Positions 1 to 9,935 are shown, counted from the first letter of the stretch. The stretch: DNA of 64,000 nucleotides from Deferribacterales bacterium (GCA_050253335.1 JBFWJG010000005.1:1585-65584), one strand, 5' to 3'. Made by a program: numbers and translations. Notes: generated by a model not told the origin, from the sequence alone.

Positions 1-754
1 CCTCGTCCTCAAAGCCGTTGGTGTAGTATTTGATTTTAAACTCGTAAAGCTGGTTGGTGAAGTGATCCGTAACCGAGCGGGGAACCTCCACCCTTACGCC
101 TATGTCAACGGGGTTAAGGTCATAGCCGAGGGTGTATTTACGGACTATTTCCTGCATCCAGCTGTTGCCGCTTCTGCCCACTGCGGCGATTATTTTGTCA
201 TACTCACGCTCAACGGTTTCGCCGTTTTCTATGGCGCGCAGACCAGTAACCCTGTCGCCTTCGACTATGAGGTCGATAACATCGCTGTTGCAGTGTATTT
301 TTATATGGGGGGACTGTTCAAACATCTCGTACATTTTGCGGATGAAGAGCAGGCAGTTGTCTGTTCCGAGGTGGCGTATTTTCGCAGGGTAAAGCTTGAG
401 GTTCTGCCTGCTGCATGAATACTCAAGATCCTTAACAGCTTCGTAGTTGCTTTTGGAATCAAGCTCAAGAACTCCGCTGACATTTTTCCATATGTCGTCC
501 GCTTCTTCTATGAGGACTTCCAGTTCCTTTTCGCTCATGTAGTCGGTGAGCCAGCCGCCGTATTCGGTGGTGAGGGTGAGTTTGCCGTCGGAGTATGTGC
601 CCGCTCCGCCGAAGCCGGACATGACTTCGTTTCTCTGCCTGTTGTGTATGTCGTTCCCTTTTTCGTAGAGGTCTACCTGAATTCCTGTTTCCTGAAGAAA
701 ATGATAGGCGGCGGTTATGCCCGCACTGCCTGCGCCTATTATGGCTATGCGCAT
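1..754 (-). CDS. NAD(P)/FAD-dependent oxidoreductase, N-terminal part (runs off the left edge)
   Basis: Manual translation from ATG 754: MRIAIIGAGSAGITAAY (GxGxxG Rossmann motif) ... SGFGGAGTYSDGKL; open to position 1. Not in the ORF track because its stop lies outside the window. Confidence 0.85.
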   Translation of the reverse strand, partial: MRIAIIGAGSAGITAAYHFLQETGIQVDLYEKGNDIHNRQRNEVMSGFGGAGTYSDGKLTLTTEYGGWLTDYMSEKELEVLIEEADDIWKNVSGVLELDSKSNYEAVKDLEYSCSRQNLKLYPAKIRHLGTDNCLLFIRKMYEMFEQSPHIKIHCNSDVIDLIVEGDRVTGLRAIENGETVEREYDKIIAAVGRSGNSWMQEIVRKYTLGYDLNPVDIGVRVEVPRSVTDHFTNQLYEFKIKYYTNGFEDE

Positions 755-758
755 TGTG

Positions 759-1247
759 TTACTCCTGAATCTGTTTTATCTCCGCCCTGAACCTGCCGTG
801 TTCTATGAACAGGAGGGCGTATGTTCCCTGCGGCTGGTATCTGTTTGCCGTGGGACTGCCGGGGTTGAGAAAATGGACATCGCCTATCTTACCCCAGAAG
901 GGTTTGTGGGTGTGTCCGTACACTATTATATCCGCACCGTCGAATTCGTAAAGGAGTCTGTTCTCAAGCCCGAAGGGGCTTCCCTCCCCGTGGGTCAGTC
1001 CGACTGTTACTTCGCCGAACCGGAGTGTTCTTTTCGCAGGGAGAAGCTCTTCCGTCACCATGGTGTCCATATTGCCCCGAACTGCGTATGTTGAGGGGTT
1101 TATTTTCCGCAGTCCGGTTATGAGCCCGAGGCCGATTATATCCCCTGCGTGCAGAACCGCATCCGCTCCCTTCGCCTCGGCCAGAACCGCCGCGGGGAGT
1201 TTTTCTATTGAATCGGAGTGGGTATCGGATATAATTAAAATTCTCAT
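759..1247 (-). CDS. YfcE/MJ0936-family metallophosphoesterase
   Basis: Motifs ISDTH, HAGD, VRGNMD, THG, GHTH, NPGS. Confidence 0.9.
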   Translation of the reverse strand: MRILIISDTHSDSIEKLPAAVLAEAKGADAVLHAGDIIGLGLITGLRKINPSTYAVRGNMDTMVTEELLPAKRTLRFGEVTVGLTHGEGSPFGLENRLLYEFDGADIIVYGHTHKPFWGKIGDVHFLNPGSPTANRYQPQGTYALLFIEHGRFRAEIKQIQE

Positions 1248-1321
1248 AAGGGAATAAGTTTATTTTACTTATCCCCCTTTCGTCAATAAATAACGGCTCC
1301 GGTGCCGTTTGGGATGGTATT

Positions 1322-2506
1322 TTGCTTTTTCAGACCGATCTAAAAAGGATTCCTCATATAAATAAAATACTGCAGGCCGCCGCTAATGAAGGCGCGGAGC
1401 TCTATTTCGTGGGCGGCTGTGTTCGGGATATGCTTCTGGGCAGACAGATAAAAGATGTGGATATGGTGTCCTTCCGCGTGGATTATGAAAAATTTGCCTT
1501 TAAACTTGCAAAAAGGATTAAAACAGCGGCAGTTAAATTCAAGGAGAATGTACGCCTTGCGGGAGGCGGGGCGGAGTTTGATGTTTCCGCTCCCAGAGGT
1601 GCGGATATTTATGAGGATCTCGCCAAGAGGGACTTCACCATAAACAACCTCGCCCTCTCCGCTGACGGCAGGGTTATAGGCGATGATGCTGACATCCGTG
1701 CGGGGGTGATCCGCATTGTTCATGACGGCGTGTTTGATGATGATCCCCTGCGTGTTCTGCGCATGTACCGCTTCGCCGCTCAGCTTGGGTTCGGGATAGA
1801 CGGGCATACTGCTGAGCTTGCGGCGGATAAGGCACCGATGCTGAAGGACATAGCCGCAGAGCGTATTTTCGCGGAGATGCAGAAGCTCGCGGAAGGGGCG
1901 CACGCTGCGGAAGTTCTCAAGAGGCTTGTTAAGGACGGGATTCTCCGCATTTTCGCAGATACCTCAGAAGCTGAGGAAGAACGCCTGCTGAAAGCCATAG
2001 GCTCCATGACTGCGGATGATCTGTTTGTAAAGGTCAGCGCGTTCATATACGGCTTCCGGAAAGGCGCGCTCAGGGTTATGGACAGGCAGTGCTACCCTGT
2101 GAAGCTCGCCAAGCGCGCGGCAAATGCGGCGCAGGCTTACCTGATGCTGGAATCATTCCCTGCTTACGGCGTGGATAACCTTATGAAATATATTTATACT
2201 TACAGAGAGGACTGGAGCCTTGCTGCGGATATGTTCACCTCCGTTAAAGGCGGAAGCGGACTTATTCCTAAACTGAAAGAGGCTTTCACGCTTATGCGGT
2301 TTGAGAATGAAAACCTCATAGACGGCAAAGCTCTGGCAGAAATGGGCGTACCCGCCGGCAGGCTGATGGGGGAGATTATCAGAGACGTTTCCTTCCGGCT
2401 TGTGAGCGGCGGCTTGAAAGACAAAGAAGATGCAGAAAATTATATAAAAAATACTTACGGAGAGCGGATAGATGAAGCTGCTGAGATTCAGAACGGGAAA
2501 GGTTGA
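1322..2506 (+). CDS. Class II tRNA nucleotidyltransferase, probably CC-adding type
   Basis: GGCVRD..KDVD, EDLAKRDFTIN, DDPLRVLRMYRF; the flexible loop before motif B is missing. TTG start. Confidence 0.85.
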   Translation: MLFQTDLKRIPHINKILQAAANEGAELYFVGGCVRDMLLGRQIKDVDMVSFRVDYEKFAFKLAKRIKTAAVKFKENVRLAGGGAEFDVSAPRGADIYEDLAKRDFTINNLALSADGRVIGDDADIRAGVIRIVHDGVFDDDPLRVLRMYRFAAQLGFGIDGHTAELAADKAPMLKDIAAERIFAEMQKLAEGAHAAEVLKRLVKDGILRIFADTSEAEEERLLKAIGSMTADDLFVKVSAFIYGFRKGALRVMDRQCYPVKLAKRAANAAQAYLMLESFPAYGVDNLMKYIYTYREDWSLAADMFTSVKGGSGLIPKLKEAFTLMRFENENLIDGKALAEMGVPAGRLMGEIIRDVSFRLVSGGLKDKEDAENYIKNTYGERIDEAAEIQNGKG

Positions 2507-3230
2507 AAAAAAAGGAGCGCTGATTGACGGAAAAATCAGGCGTATACAGGGCTCAATGTTTGAGGATTTCGTTGTGACTACCGAAACATATGAGCTTGGC
2601 GAGGTTGAGATTCTTCCGCCCGTGCTCCCTTCCAAGATTGTCTGTGTGGCGAGGAATTATGCCGCACATGCAAAGGAGCTGGGAAACGATGTCCCCACGA
2701 CTCCGCTGATATTCATAAAACCCTCCACATGCCTCACCGCTCATGAAGGGAATGTTGTTTACCCGCCTTCATCAAAACAGGTGGACTACGAAGGCGAGCT
2801 TGCGGTGGTTATCGGCAAACACTGCAAAAATGTTAAACCTGAAAAAGCGGAGGAATTTATTCTCGGCTATACGATAATGAACGATTTCACCGCGCGGGAT
2901 ATTCAGAAGGAAGAGAACAAATTTACCCGTGCAAAATGCTTTGACACTTTCGCGCCTCTGGGCCCTGTCATCGAGACTGACCTCAACTGGCGGGGAATCT
3001 CCGTGAAAACAAGGGTGAACGGCGAAACAAAGCAGGACGGCACAACGGACATGATGATATTCGACATCCCAACGCTCATATCATTTATTTCGGAAGTGAT
3101 GACACTCCTCCCCGGCGATGTTATAGCCACAGGCACACCTCCCGGGGTGGGGGCGGTTAAGCCCGGTGATGTGGTTGAGGTCGAGGTGGATAATATAGGC
3201 GTGCTGCGTAACTATGTGCGGGAAGCCTGA
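2472..3230 (+). CDS. Fumarylacetoacetate hydrolase family protein
   Basis: KIVCVARNY, IFIKP, DYEGELAVVIG, NDFTARD, PGDVIATGTP. Confidence 0.92.
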   Translation: MKLLRFRTGKVEKKGALIDGKIRRIQGSMFEDFVVTTETYELGEVEILPPVLPSKIVCVARNYAAHAKELGNDVPTTPLIFIKPSTCLTAHEGNVVYPPSSKQVDYEGELAVVIGKHCKNVKPEKAEEFILGYTIMNDFTARDIQKEENKFTRAKCFDTFAPLGPVIETDLNWRGISVKTRVNGETKQDGTTDMMIFDIPTLISFISEVMTLLPGDVIATGTPPGVGAVKPGDVVEVEVDNIGVLRNYVREA

Positions 3231-3468
3231 CAAGCCTGAAATAAAGTGCGCAATGTGCGGTGCGTGCTGCATCGCCTTTGATATAAGCGTGCTGGGCAAA
3301 CCGGCGGGCGAACCCTGCGCACACCTCACGGCGGACAGGCAGTGCGGCATATATGAAGACAGACCGTGGGGATGCAAGGGTTACAGGCCGGACGAGCTCT
3401 GCATATTGTTCTCCTCCCTTTCGGAGGAGGACAGGGTGCGTCTTCTGCGGAAAATCTACGGAGTTTGA
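3214..3468 (+). CDS. YkgJ-family cysteine cluster protein
   Basis: CAMCGACC ... PCAHL ... CGIYEDRPWGC. Confidence 0.8.
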   Translation: MCGKPDKPEIKCAMCGACCIAFDISVLGKPAGEPCAHLTADRQCGIYEDRPWGCKGYRPDELCILFSSLSEEDRVRLLRKIYGV

Positions 3469-3470
3469 TT

Positions 3471-4091
3471 ATGTATCTCGGACTTACAGGAAACATAGCC
3501 GGAGGGAAGACCACAGTCGCAAAAATGTTTGAGCGGCTGGGCTGCTACACAATCGATACCGACATGCTCAGCCGGAGGGTGATGGCGCCGGGCGGACTGG
3601 CTTACCCTATGGTGGTGGACACGTTCGGTGTGGACGTTGTGGACAGTGAAGGGAACATAGACAGAGCCGCACTTCGGAAGATTGTTTTTAATGATGATGC
3701 CGCCCGAAAAAGGCTGGAGGAGATAGTTCATCCCGCTATCCTGAAAACGGAAAGCAGGCTCGTAGGTGAAATAAAAGGGAAGGATGACAGGGCGATCATC
3801 CTGACGCAGGCGGCTCTCTGTGTGGAGACGGGGGCATACACCCGGTTTGACGGGCTTATTGTTGTTTACTGCGAGCCCGAAGAACAGCTCAGACGGCTGA
3901 TGAGCCGTGATAATATCTCAAGGGAAGAAGCGGAGAAAATCATCCGCACTCAGATGCCCATAGATGAAAAGCTGAAATACGCTGACTTTGTGGTGAACAA
4001 CTCCGGCACATCGGAAGAAACCGAAAAAGACGTTAAGCGGGTCTTCGATCTGATTATCTTAATGAAGCAGGCAATGAGGCAGAAGGGGTAA
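3471..4091 (+). CDS. coaE: Dephospho-CoA kinase
   Basis: LGLTGNIAGGKT P-loop, IDRAALRKIVF, IVHP, QLRRLMSRD; start moved to ATG 3471. Confidence 0.93.
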   Translation: MYLGLTGNIAGGKTTVAKMFERLGCYTIDTDMLSRRVMAPGGLAYPMVVDTFGVDVVDSEGNIDRAALRKIVFNDDAARKRLEEIVHPAILKTESRLVGEIKGKDDRAIILTQAALCVETGAYTRFDGLIVVYCEPEEQLRRLMSRDNISREEAEKIIRTQMPIDEKLKYADFVVNNSGTSEETEKDVKRVFDLIILMKQAMRQKG

Positions 4092-4097
4092 ACATTT

Positions 4098-4856
4098 ATG
4101 GCATTAAAAGATGAGTTCAAAGAATGGGCTTGCTCGTTGCAGGGGTGCGATGGAGGAAATCCTGGTGCAGATATTTGGCTCTGTGGCATAGAATGGGGCG
4201 GAGCAGGGGATGCAGAAGAGAGTTGGGAAAAGTATTACAATGTAGAACTTCCTGCTCAGTTTAAAGAAAAAAAACCAGCTTTAAAAGCGAAGTATCCATG
4301 GGAAGAAAGCTTTAAGGAGCGCTCATCTTATGGACGGAGTGCCGGAAAAATAATTGCATCATATTATGGTCAATCTGTTGAAAACTATTATGATTTCTTA
4401 TGTGCAAAACAATTGGAGCTCTTTAAGCTGAATCTTTATCCTATCGCATTTGGTGATGCCAGCCAAGAATTCTGGGATAAGTACGGTCTGAGTGAAAAAC
4501 TTGGTTTTGATGATAAATATTCATATCAGCTTTGGTGCATGTATAACCGTTTTCCTGCTTTACGTGCCAAGGCGCAGGAGCATAACCCCAAGGTTATCAT
4601 CGGTACAGGAATATCTTATTGCACTGAGTTCTTTAAATGCTTTGCGCCGGATAACTTCAGCGGTATTCCCAAAAAAGGCATAATTCATGTTAATGGCGAT
4701 GAAAGAACATACCGCTATGCCCATATTGACTTAAATAGTTGCAGAAAAACCCTGCTGATCGTAATCCCTTTTTTTTCAGGAAGGTACGGTTTAAACAGTA
4801 ATGCGCTTTTGGAAGAGATGGGCAAGCGGATTAAAGCACATTCTGAAGAGTTTTAA
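4098..4856 (+). CDS. AT-rich hypothetical protein with UDG-superfamily-like motifs
   Basis: 252-aa ORF, visibly more AT-rich than its neighbours; GNPGADIWLCGIEWG, NLYP and PKVIIGTG resemble the UDG-fold strands. Confidence 0.7.
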   Translation: MALKDEFKEWACSLQGCDGGNPGADIWLCGIEWGGAGDAEESWEKYYNVELPAQFKEKKPALKAKYPWEESFKERSSYGRSAGKIIASYYGQSVENYYDFLCAKQLELFKLNLYPIAFGDASQEFWDKYGLSEKLGFDDKYSYQLWCMYNRFPALRAKAQEHNPKVIIGTGISYCTEFFKCFAPDNFSGIPKKGIIHVNGDERTYRYAHIDLNSCRKTLLIVIPFFSGRYGLNSNALLEEMGKRIKAHSEEF

Positions 4857-4862
4857 TTTTCT

Positions 4863-6488
4863 CTAATCCGTAATAATCAGCACTTTTCCCGGAAGGATCT
4901 GGGAGCCTGTGAGTTTGTTTGTTTTCTTGATTGCGTTTACGGTTGTTCCGTATTTCTGCGCTATTGCCCAGAGGGATTCACCGCTTTTAACCACGTGGCG
5001 TTTCTTTTTCACAGCGGATGCGGTGTCGTATTTCTTGTATGTGGTTTTCTGCGCCACATATCTCTTGTCGCTTCTTTTGTAGTCCACTGAAACTATTATG
5101 TTCTGTCCGGGGCGGATTCTGCTTGGCTTGATCCCTTTGTTCATAGCCACGACTTCGTTCAGTCCGAGACCGTACTTGCGGGCTATGGCGGAAAGGTTTT
5201 CACCTTTTCTTACAACGTGAACCTTCGGGTTGTAGGGCTTGAGCGATTTAGCAAAAGCCTTGTCCACGGCGGGGTCATAGAACTTCTGCACAGGGATGAA
5301 CACAGGCGTGTCCGTATAGAGTTTCGCGTGGAGAAGTCCGTTTGAGGACTTGAGGTTGTTCAGGCTTATATTGTATTTTTTTGCAATGCTGTCAAGGCTC
5401 TCGCCTCTTTTAGCATAGTAGATTTTATACATGAGAAGTTCGTCCTGAGACATCTGCGCCATCTGAACGCTGAGGTTTTCCGCTGTTCCGTATGGAACTC
5501 TTATGGTGTATGAGTCTGCGGGGGGGGTAACAGGGGTTTTAAGCTCCGGATTGAGCTCTTTCAGGACATCGTAGCTGGTGTTGGTCAGTTTTGCGATAAC
5601 ATAGAGGTTCACCTGCTTATCCACAGTGACGCGGTCGAAGATAAGGGGAGTCTCCACAGGGGTTTCGAAGCCGTATTCCTGATAGTTGCAGAAAATATGA
5701 CGCAGTGCCAGATACTTGGGCACATAATCCTTAGTTTCTCTTTTAAGATATCCGTATTTTGCGAGGGTGTAGAAATCTCTGGATTCGTACATCCTGATGG
5801 CGCGGATGATTTTGCCCATTCCCGCATTATATGCGGCAAGTGCCAGATGCCAGTCGCCCAGATCTTCGTAAAGATCGCGCAGATGTCTTGCCGCGGCTGT
5901 TGTGGCTTTCTCAAAGTCCCTGCGTTCATCAACCCAGAAGTTATCATCGAGATTGTAGCTTTTGCCTGTGCCTTTCATGAACTGCCACATGCCGCTTGCG
6001 CCCGCGCGGGAGATTGCCGTGGCGTTGAAGCCGCTTTCGGTGAAGGGGAGATAAGCCAGTTCGTCCGGCACTCCCTCTCTGCGGAGGATGTCTTTCACTA
6101 TATAGAGATATTTGTTTGATCTGTTGAGCCAGTTCTGGAAAACGTTGGGAATGTCCTGAGTGAACCGCTTGACATAATATTCGTATCTGTCTTCCTCAAC
6201 AAGGGGGATAACATCATAAACATAGCGGGTCTGCACAATGTCGTCAAAGTGGAACTGGGGCTTGGAGGGGAGAAGGCCGTAGTTAAGCTCTCTCTTCGAT
6301 ATTTCGTCTTTCAGAAATACCGGAGTGAAGGCTTCAAACTGCGCCGTGTCGGCGGTTTCCTGCGTTTCCGCCTCTTCCTCCGCCAAAGGTTCCTGCACAA
6401 GGGAGGAATATTTCGGGCCTGCGGGCTGAGTGCCGGCGCATGATACAACAAAAAGAACTGCGGGTATGATAGCTAAATATTTTTTCAT
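4863..6488 (-). CDS. mltD: Lipoprotein lytic transglycosylase with LysM domains (MltD-like)
   Basis: Lipobox VVSC; SLT motifs TESGF, GMWQFM, AAYNAG, ETKDYVPK; C-terminal LysM repeats (HVVRKGENL, HVVKSGESLW). Confidence 0.9.
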   Translation of the reverse strand: MKKYLAIIPAVLFVVSCAGTQPAGPKYSSLVQEPLAEEEAETQETADTAQFEAFTPVFLKDEISKRELNYGLLPSKPQFHFDDIVQTRYVYDVIPLVEEDRYEYYVKRFTQDIPNVFQNWLNRSNKYLYIVKDILRREGVPDELAYLPFTESGFNATAISRAGASGMWQFMKGTGKSYNLDDNFWVDERRDFEKATTAAARHLRDLYEDLGDWHLALAAYNAGMGKIIRAIRMYESRDFYTLAKYGYLKRETKDYVPKYLALRHIFCNYQEYGFETPVETPLIFDRVTVDKQVNLYVIAKLTNTSYDVLKELNPELKTPVTPPADSYTIRVPYGTAENLSVQMAQMSQDELLMYKIYYAKRGESLDSIAKKYNISLNNLKSSNGLLHAKLYTDTPVFIPVQKFYDPAVDKAFAKSLKPYNPKVHVVRKGENLSAIARKYGLGLNEVVAMNKGIKPSRIRPGQNIIVSVDYKRSDKRYVAQKTTYKKYDTASAVKKKRHVVKSGESLWAIAQKYGTTVNAIKKTNKLTGSQILPGKVLIITD

Positions 6489-6576
6489 AGGCTTCAATAT
6501 TATATTTTGATGATAAAGTTATCGTCAGCTTTAGCTTTTTATACAGGTTTAATTTAAAATAGCAAGAAATTACTTT

Positions 6577-7359
6577 TTAGCATGTTGATCGTCTGTTTAA
6601 TCCTGATTTAACAATCTGTTCTTTCCTTTCTGCCTCCTCCAGCGCATGAACAGTGTATTCAAGGGATAAATCGTTGAAAGTGCGAAGGAATTTCCTCAGA
6701 GAGTCCAGTCTGACAGATTCTATATGGTTTATTGAGGCGCTTAACTGATCGTTTGTAACCGATCTTTTGATGATGCACTTTTTTTCGCTGTAGCTTATCT
6801 CATACAGCGCGGCGATACGGAGAAACAGGTCGTAGTCCTCGCATACCCGCATTGATTCGTCAAACATTCCGGCAGTTTCAAACACATCTCTGGATATTAT
6901 TACTGATGAATCGCTTATCCGGCAGATATCCAGAACCTTAGGGAAGATCCGTCCGCCGTAGCGGGCGTGTTTGCAGCTTTGGTTTATGAATCTGTCCCGC
7001 CTGTACCAGAATTCGTTTGTGTGGCAGACTTTTGTGCCCTCCCTGCTGAGAATCTCCATCTGATGGCTTATCTTAAAAGGGAGCCAGACATCATCCGAAT
7101 CCAGAAAGGCGATGAACTCCCCTTCCGCGGCTTTTATACCTTCGTTGCGGGCTCTGCTCACGCCGGAGTTTTTTTCAAGGCGGATGAAGCGGATCATGTT
7201 CATATACGGCTTGAGGCAGGCTGTCAGATCCGTTTCGGAACCATCGTCAACCACGATGATCTCAATGTCGGGATAGTCCTGAAACAGAACGGATTCCACG
7301 GCGTCTTGCAGGGTTTCCGTTCTGTTGTAGACAGGTATTACGGCGCTTACTTTTATCAA
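6577..7359 (-). CDS. Glycosyltransferase family 2
   Basis: VIPVYNR, VVDDGS, ARNEG, AFLDSDD, EDYDL. Confidence 0.9.
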   Translation of the reverse strand: MIKVSAVIPVYNRTETLQDAVESVLFQDYPDIEIIVVDDGSETDLTACLKPYMNMIRFIRLEKNSGVSRARNEGIKAAEGEFIAFLDSDDVWLPFKISHQMEILSREGTKVCHTNEFWYRRDRFINQSCKHARYGGRIFPKVLDICRISDSSVIISRDVFETAGMFDESMRVCEDYDLFLRIAALYEISYSEKKCIIKRSVTNDQLSASINHIESVRLDSLRKFLRTFNDLSLEYTVHALEEAERKEQIVKSGLNRRSTC

Positions 7360-7811
7360 AGCAGCCTTGAGCGGTCGAGTATGGTGGAGAAGACAAGGAT
7401 TGTGTTGGTTTTGGTAACGCCCGGAGTATTGCGGAGTTTTTTGATCAGCGTGCTGAGCGCTTCCGTGTTTTTCACTATTACTTTGATAAGCATGGTGTAC
7501 TCGCCCGTGACATGATGACAGCCGATTATCTCCTTGCCGAGTTTTTTCAGGTGATGCTCAAAGTCGGCAATATTATCCGCGTTGTCGATGAAGATGCCTA
7601 TGAAGGCGAGAATATCGTAACCGAGCTTTTTATAGTTGATCTGTGCTGTGTATCCTGTGAGTATCCCTTCCGTCTCAAGCCATTTGATGCGCTCAATCAC
7701 CGAAGGGGACTTCATGCCCACTGCTTTTGCGATGTCTGCGTAGGAAATGCGCGAGTTCTCAGCGAGAAGATTCAGGATTTGTACATCTGTTTCATCAATA
7801 CGGTGCGCCAC
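7356..7811 (-). CDS. Lrp/AsnC family transcriptional regulator
   Basis: IDETDVQILNLL, HTH, VTGEYTMLIK, GVTKTNT. Confidence 0.92.
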   Translation of the reverse strand: MAHRIDETDVQILNLLAENSRISYADIAKAVGMKSPSVIERIKWLETEGILTGYTAQINYKKLGYDILAFIGIFIDNADNIADFEHHLKKLGKEIIGCHHVTGEYTMLIKVIVKNTEALSTLIKKLRNTPGVTKTNTILVFSTILDRSRLL

Positions 7812-7814
7812 GGC

Positions 7815-8477
7815 TTACCTCCTTGTGGTGACGCCGACTTTAGCACAACTGTCAGAAAGCCTGCAAGCGGAACAGAAAGGGGAAACAGGGCGGCATATGT
7901 ATTTGCCGTAGGTAACCATCATCTCGTTCAGCTTGATCCAGTATTTCTGCGGAAGCTTTTTTCTAAGCTCAGTTTCTGTTTTGTCGGGGTCTTTGGTGCT
8001 CAGGTATCCCAGCCTGTTGAAAATACGGTGGACATGGATGTCCACACAGACTGCGGGTATCTGAAAACCTTCTACGAGTACAAGATTTGCGGTTTTTCTC
8101 CCCACTCCTTTGAGCCTGACCAGCTCGTCTATGTCGGCGGGAACGCTTCCTGCGTATTTTTCTATGAGTATAGCACTAATGTTCTTAATTGTCTGGGTTT
8201 TGTTGCGGTAGAAGCCTGCGGGGTAGATGAGCTTCTCCATGGTTTGGGTGTCAAGCTCAAGAACCTTCTGCGGGGTGTCCGCAGCGGCGAACAGGCGTTC
8301 AGAGGCGGCCACAGTGACCTCGTCCTTTGTGCGGAGGGAGATTATAGTGCTCACCAGAACACGGAACGGGTCGCGCTTTTTCTCCGCTATGGCGGTAACC
8401 GAAGGTTTCTCCAGCCTTTCGTATTCTTCTGCCATCACATCATAAACGTGGTCTATATCAACTGTTTTCTTTCCCAT
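7815..8477 (-). CDS. nth: Endonuclease III
   Basis: HhH motif LKGVGRKTAN, VDIHVHRI, 4Fe-4S motif CRPVSPFCSACRLSDSC. Confidence 0.93.
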   Translation of the reverse strand: MGKKTVDIDHVYDVMAEEYERLEKPSVTAIAEKKRDPFRVLVSTIISLRTKDEVTVAASERLFAAADTPQKVLELDTQTMEKLIYPAGFYRNKTQTIKNISAILIEKYAGSVPADIDELVRLKGVGRKTANLVLVEGFQIPAVCVDIHVHRIFNRLGYLSTKDPDKTETELRKKLPQKYWIKLNEMMVTYGKYICRPVSPFCSACRLSDSCAKVGVTTRR

Positions 8478-8482
8478 TTCTT

Positions 8483-8734
8483 CTAGTCGGCGCTTTCGAT
8501 TGCTTCTCTGGCTTTGGGGCTTATATAAACATCGGCGAGATCAAACTTTTTGACCGCCTCCGCTATAACAGCGGCTTTATAATGGGGGTCTGCCGATTTA
8601 TCAATGATTATGAGAAACTGCTCCCCTTTCTTGCAGAGTCCGCCCCTTGCCTTTGTGCGTTCATAGCGCACCTTGATGTTCAGCTTGGCGGCGACTTCCT
8701 CAAGTTCTTTAAGCAGGTTGTTTGTTTTGCTCAT
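8483..8734 (-). CDS. Small conserved hypothetical protein
   Basis: 83 aa, co-oriented in the run, SD GGAG upstream, normal codon usage. Confidence 0.7.
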   Translation of the reverse strand: MSKTNNLLKELEEVAAKLNIKVRYERTKARGGLCKKGEQFLIIIDKSADPHYKAAVIAEAVKKFDLADVYISPKAREAIESAD

Positions 8735-8783
8735 ACCGGATTCAGCTCCTCAAAATCTCAGGATATTATAGCCCATTCCGTAT

Positions 8784-9935
8784 TTACTGCAACTTATCTG
8801 TCTTCATAATCATTAGCAGAGGCAATGACAGAGCGCACAGGACGGCGGTGACGGTGAAAACTCCTTTGCTGCCGCTTATGTCGTAGGCAATACCTGAAAT
8901 GAATGAACCGCCCACGGAGCCGAGCCCGAAACCGAGACCGGAGTAGATGCTCTGTGCTTTAAGCTGTCTGTCCGCCCCGAAAACACGGCGGAAGTAGGTG
9001 AGCGCCGCCACATGGAACGAACCGTAGGTGAATCCGTGGAGCATATTGGCGAGGAAAAGCACGGCGAGCGAGGGGCTGAACGCTGTGAACAGATAGCGGA
9101 TCACTGCCATTATGACGGAGAAGAGCATCACCCGCTTTGCGCTGAACTTTGTGAGAATACTGTCCGTGAAATAGAGAAGGAGAATTTCAGCGAGCACTCC
9201 CGCCGCCCACATATACCCGGCAAGAGTCTGGGAACCGCCCGCCTCGCTGACTTTTATGTTGAAAAAATTGCCATGGAAGGCGTTGGAGGAGAGATACACC
9301 ACAAGCATCACTGTCATGATCACTGTGTTTCGGTCAAACATGATGCCGAGGGATTTTCTGTGAAGCCTTGTCCAGTGCTCAAGCTGAATCAGTCCGACAG
9401 GGATTGTGCAGAGAAGCCCCATCAGGGTGAACTGTATTATGAATGCGGAGGCTCCGAAGCGGTCAATTATCAGGCCTGAAACAACAGCGGAGACAGTGAA
9501 GCCCAGCGAGCCGTAAAGCCGCATTCTGCCGTAGGGCGTTCCGTGCTCCTCCGCAAAGCCCATTGCGGCGTTGTCCATGACGGGGATGATCCCCACCCTG
9601 AACAGTGAGAAAAGCGCAAGGCACGCAAGGGCAGCCGGAAAGCCGTGGAGGAAAAATAGAGGGAGCATAGACAAGGATGAAAGAACCGCGGCAGCGCGGA
9701 CGAAGAAGGTTTTATGACGGGCTCTGCTGTATGTTTCTGTCCACATTGAAGTGGCGAGAAACTTCATAACGGGAAAAACGGCAAGGAGTATTCCTATCTC
9801 TGTTCCTGAAAATTCCCGTGATTTGAAGAAATAACCCGCATAGGGGAAAATTGCCCCGAGGGTGGAGAAGTGGAGAAAGTAGAAGGAGATTAAGCCGGCG
9901 CGGACTCCGAACCGGCTTTCAGCCTTTTTATTCAC
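8784..9935 (-). CDS. MFS transporter (MFS_1-like, nucleoside/phenylpropionate permease type)
   Basis: About 12 hydrophobic segments; YGRMRLYGSLGF, LHGFTYG. Confidence 0.85.
   Translation of the reverse strand: MNKKAESRFGVRAGLISFYFLHFSTLGAIFPYAGYFFKSREFSGTEIGILLAVFPVMKFLATSMWTETYSRARHKTFFVRAAAVLSSLSMLPLFFLHGFPAALACLALFSLFRVGIIPVMDNAAMGFAEEHGTPYGRMRLYGSLGFTVSAVVSGLIIDRFGASAFIIQFTLMGLLCTIPVGLIQLEHWTRLHRKSLGIMFDRNTVIMTVMLVVYLSSNAFHGNFFNIKVSEAGGSQTLAGYMWAAGVLAEILLLYFTDSILTKFSAKRVMLFSVIMAVIRYLFTAFSPSLAVLFLANMLHGFTYGSFHVAALTYFRRVFGADRQLKAQSIYSGLGFGLGSVGGSFISGIAYDISGSKGVFTVTAVLCALSLPLLMIMKTDKLQ

Noticed and set aside
7512-8486. Long alternative-frame ORFs (also 26946..27902, 28352..29413, 43486..44571, 50367..51512, 56857..57720)
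   Set aside because: They are antisense shadows of well-supported genes, expected from codon bias; no recognisable motifs.
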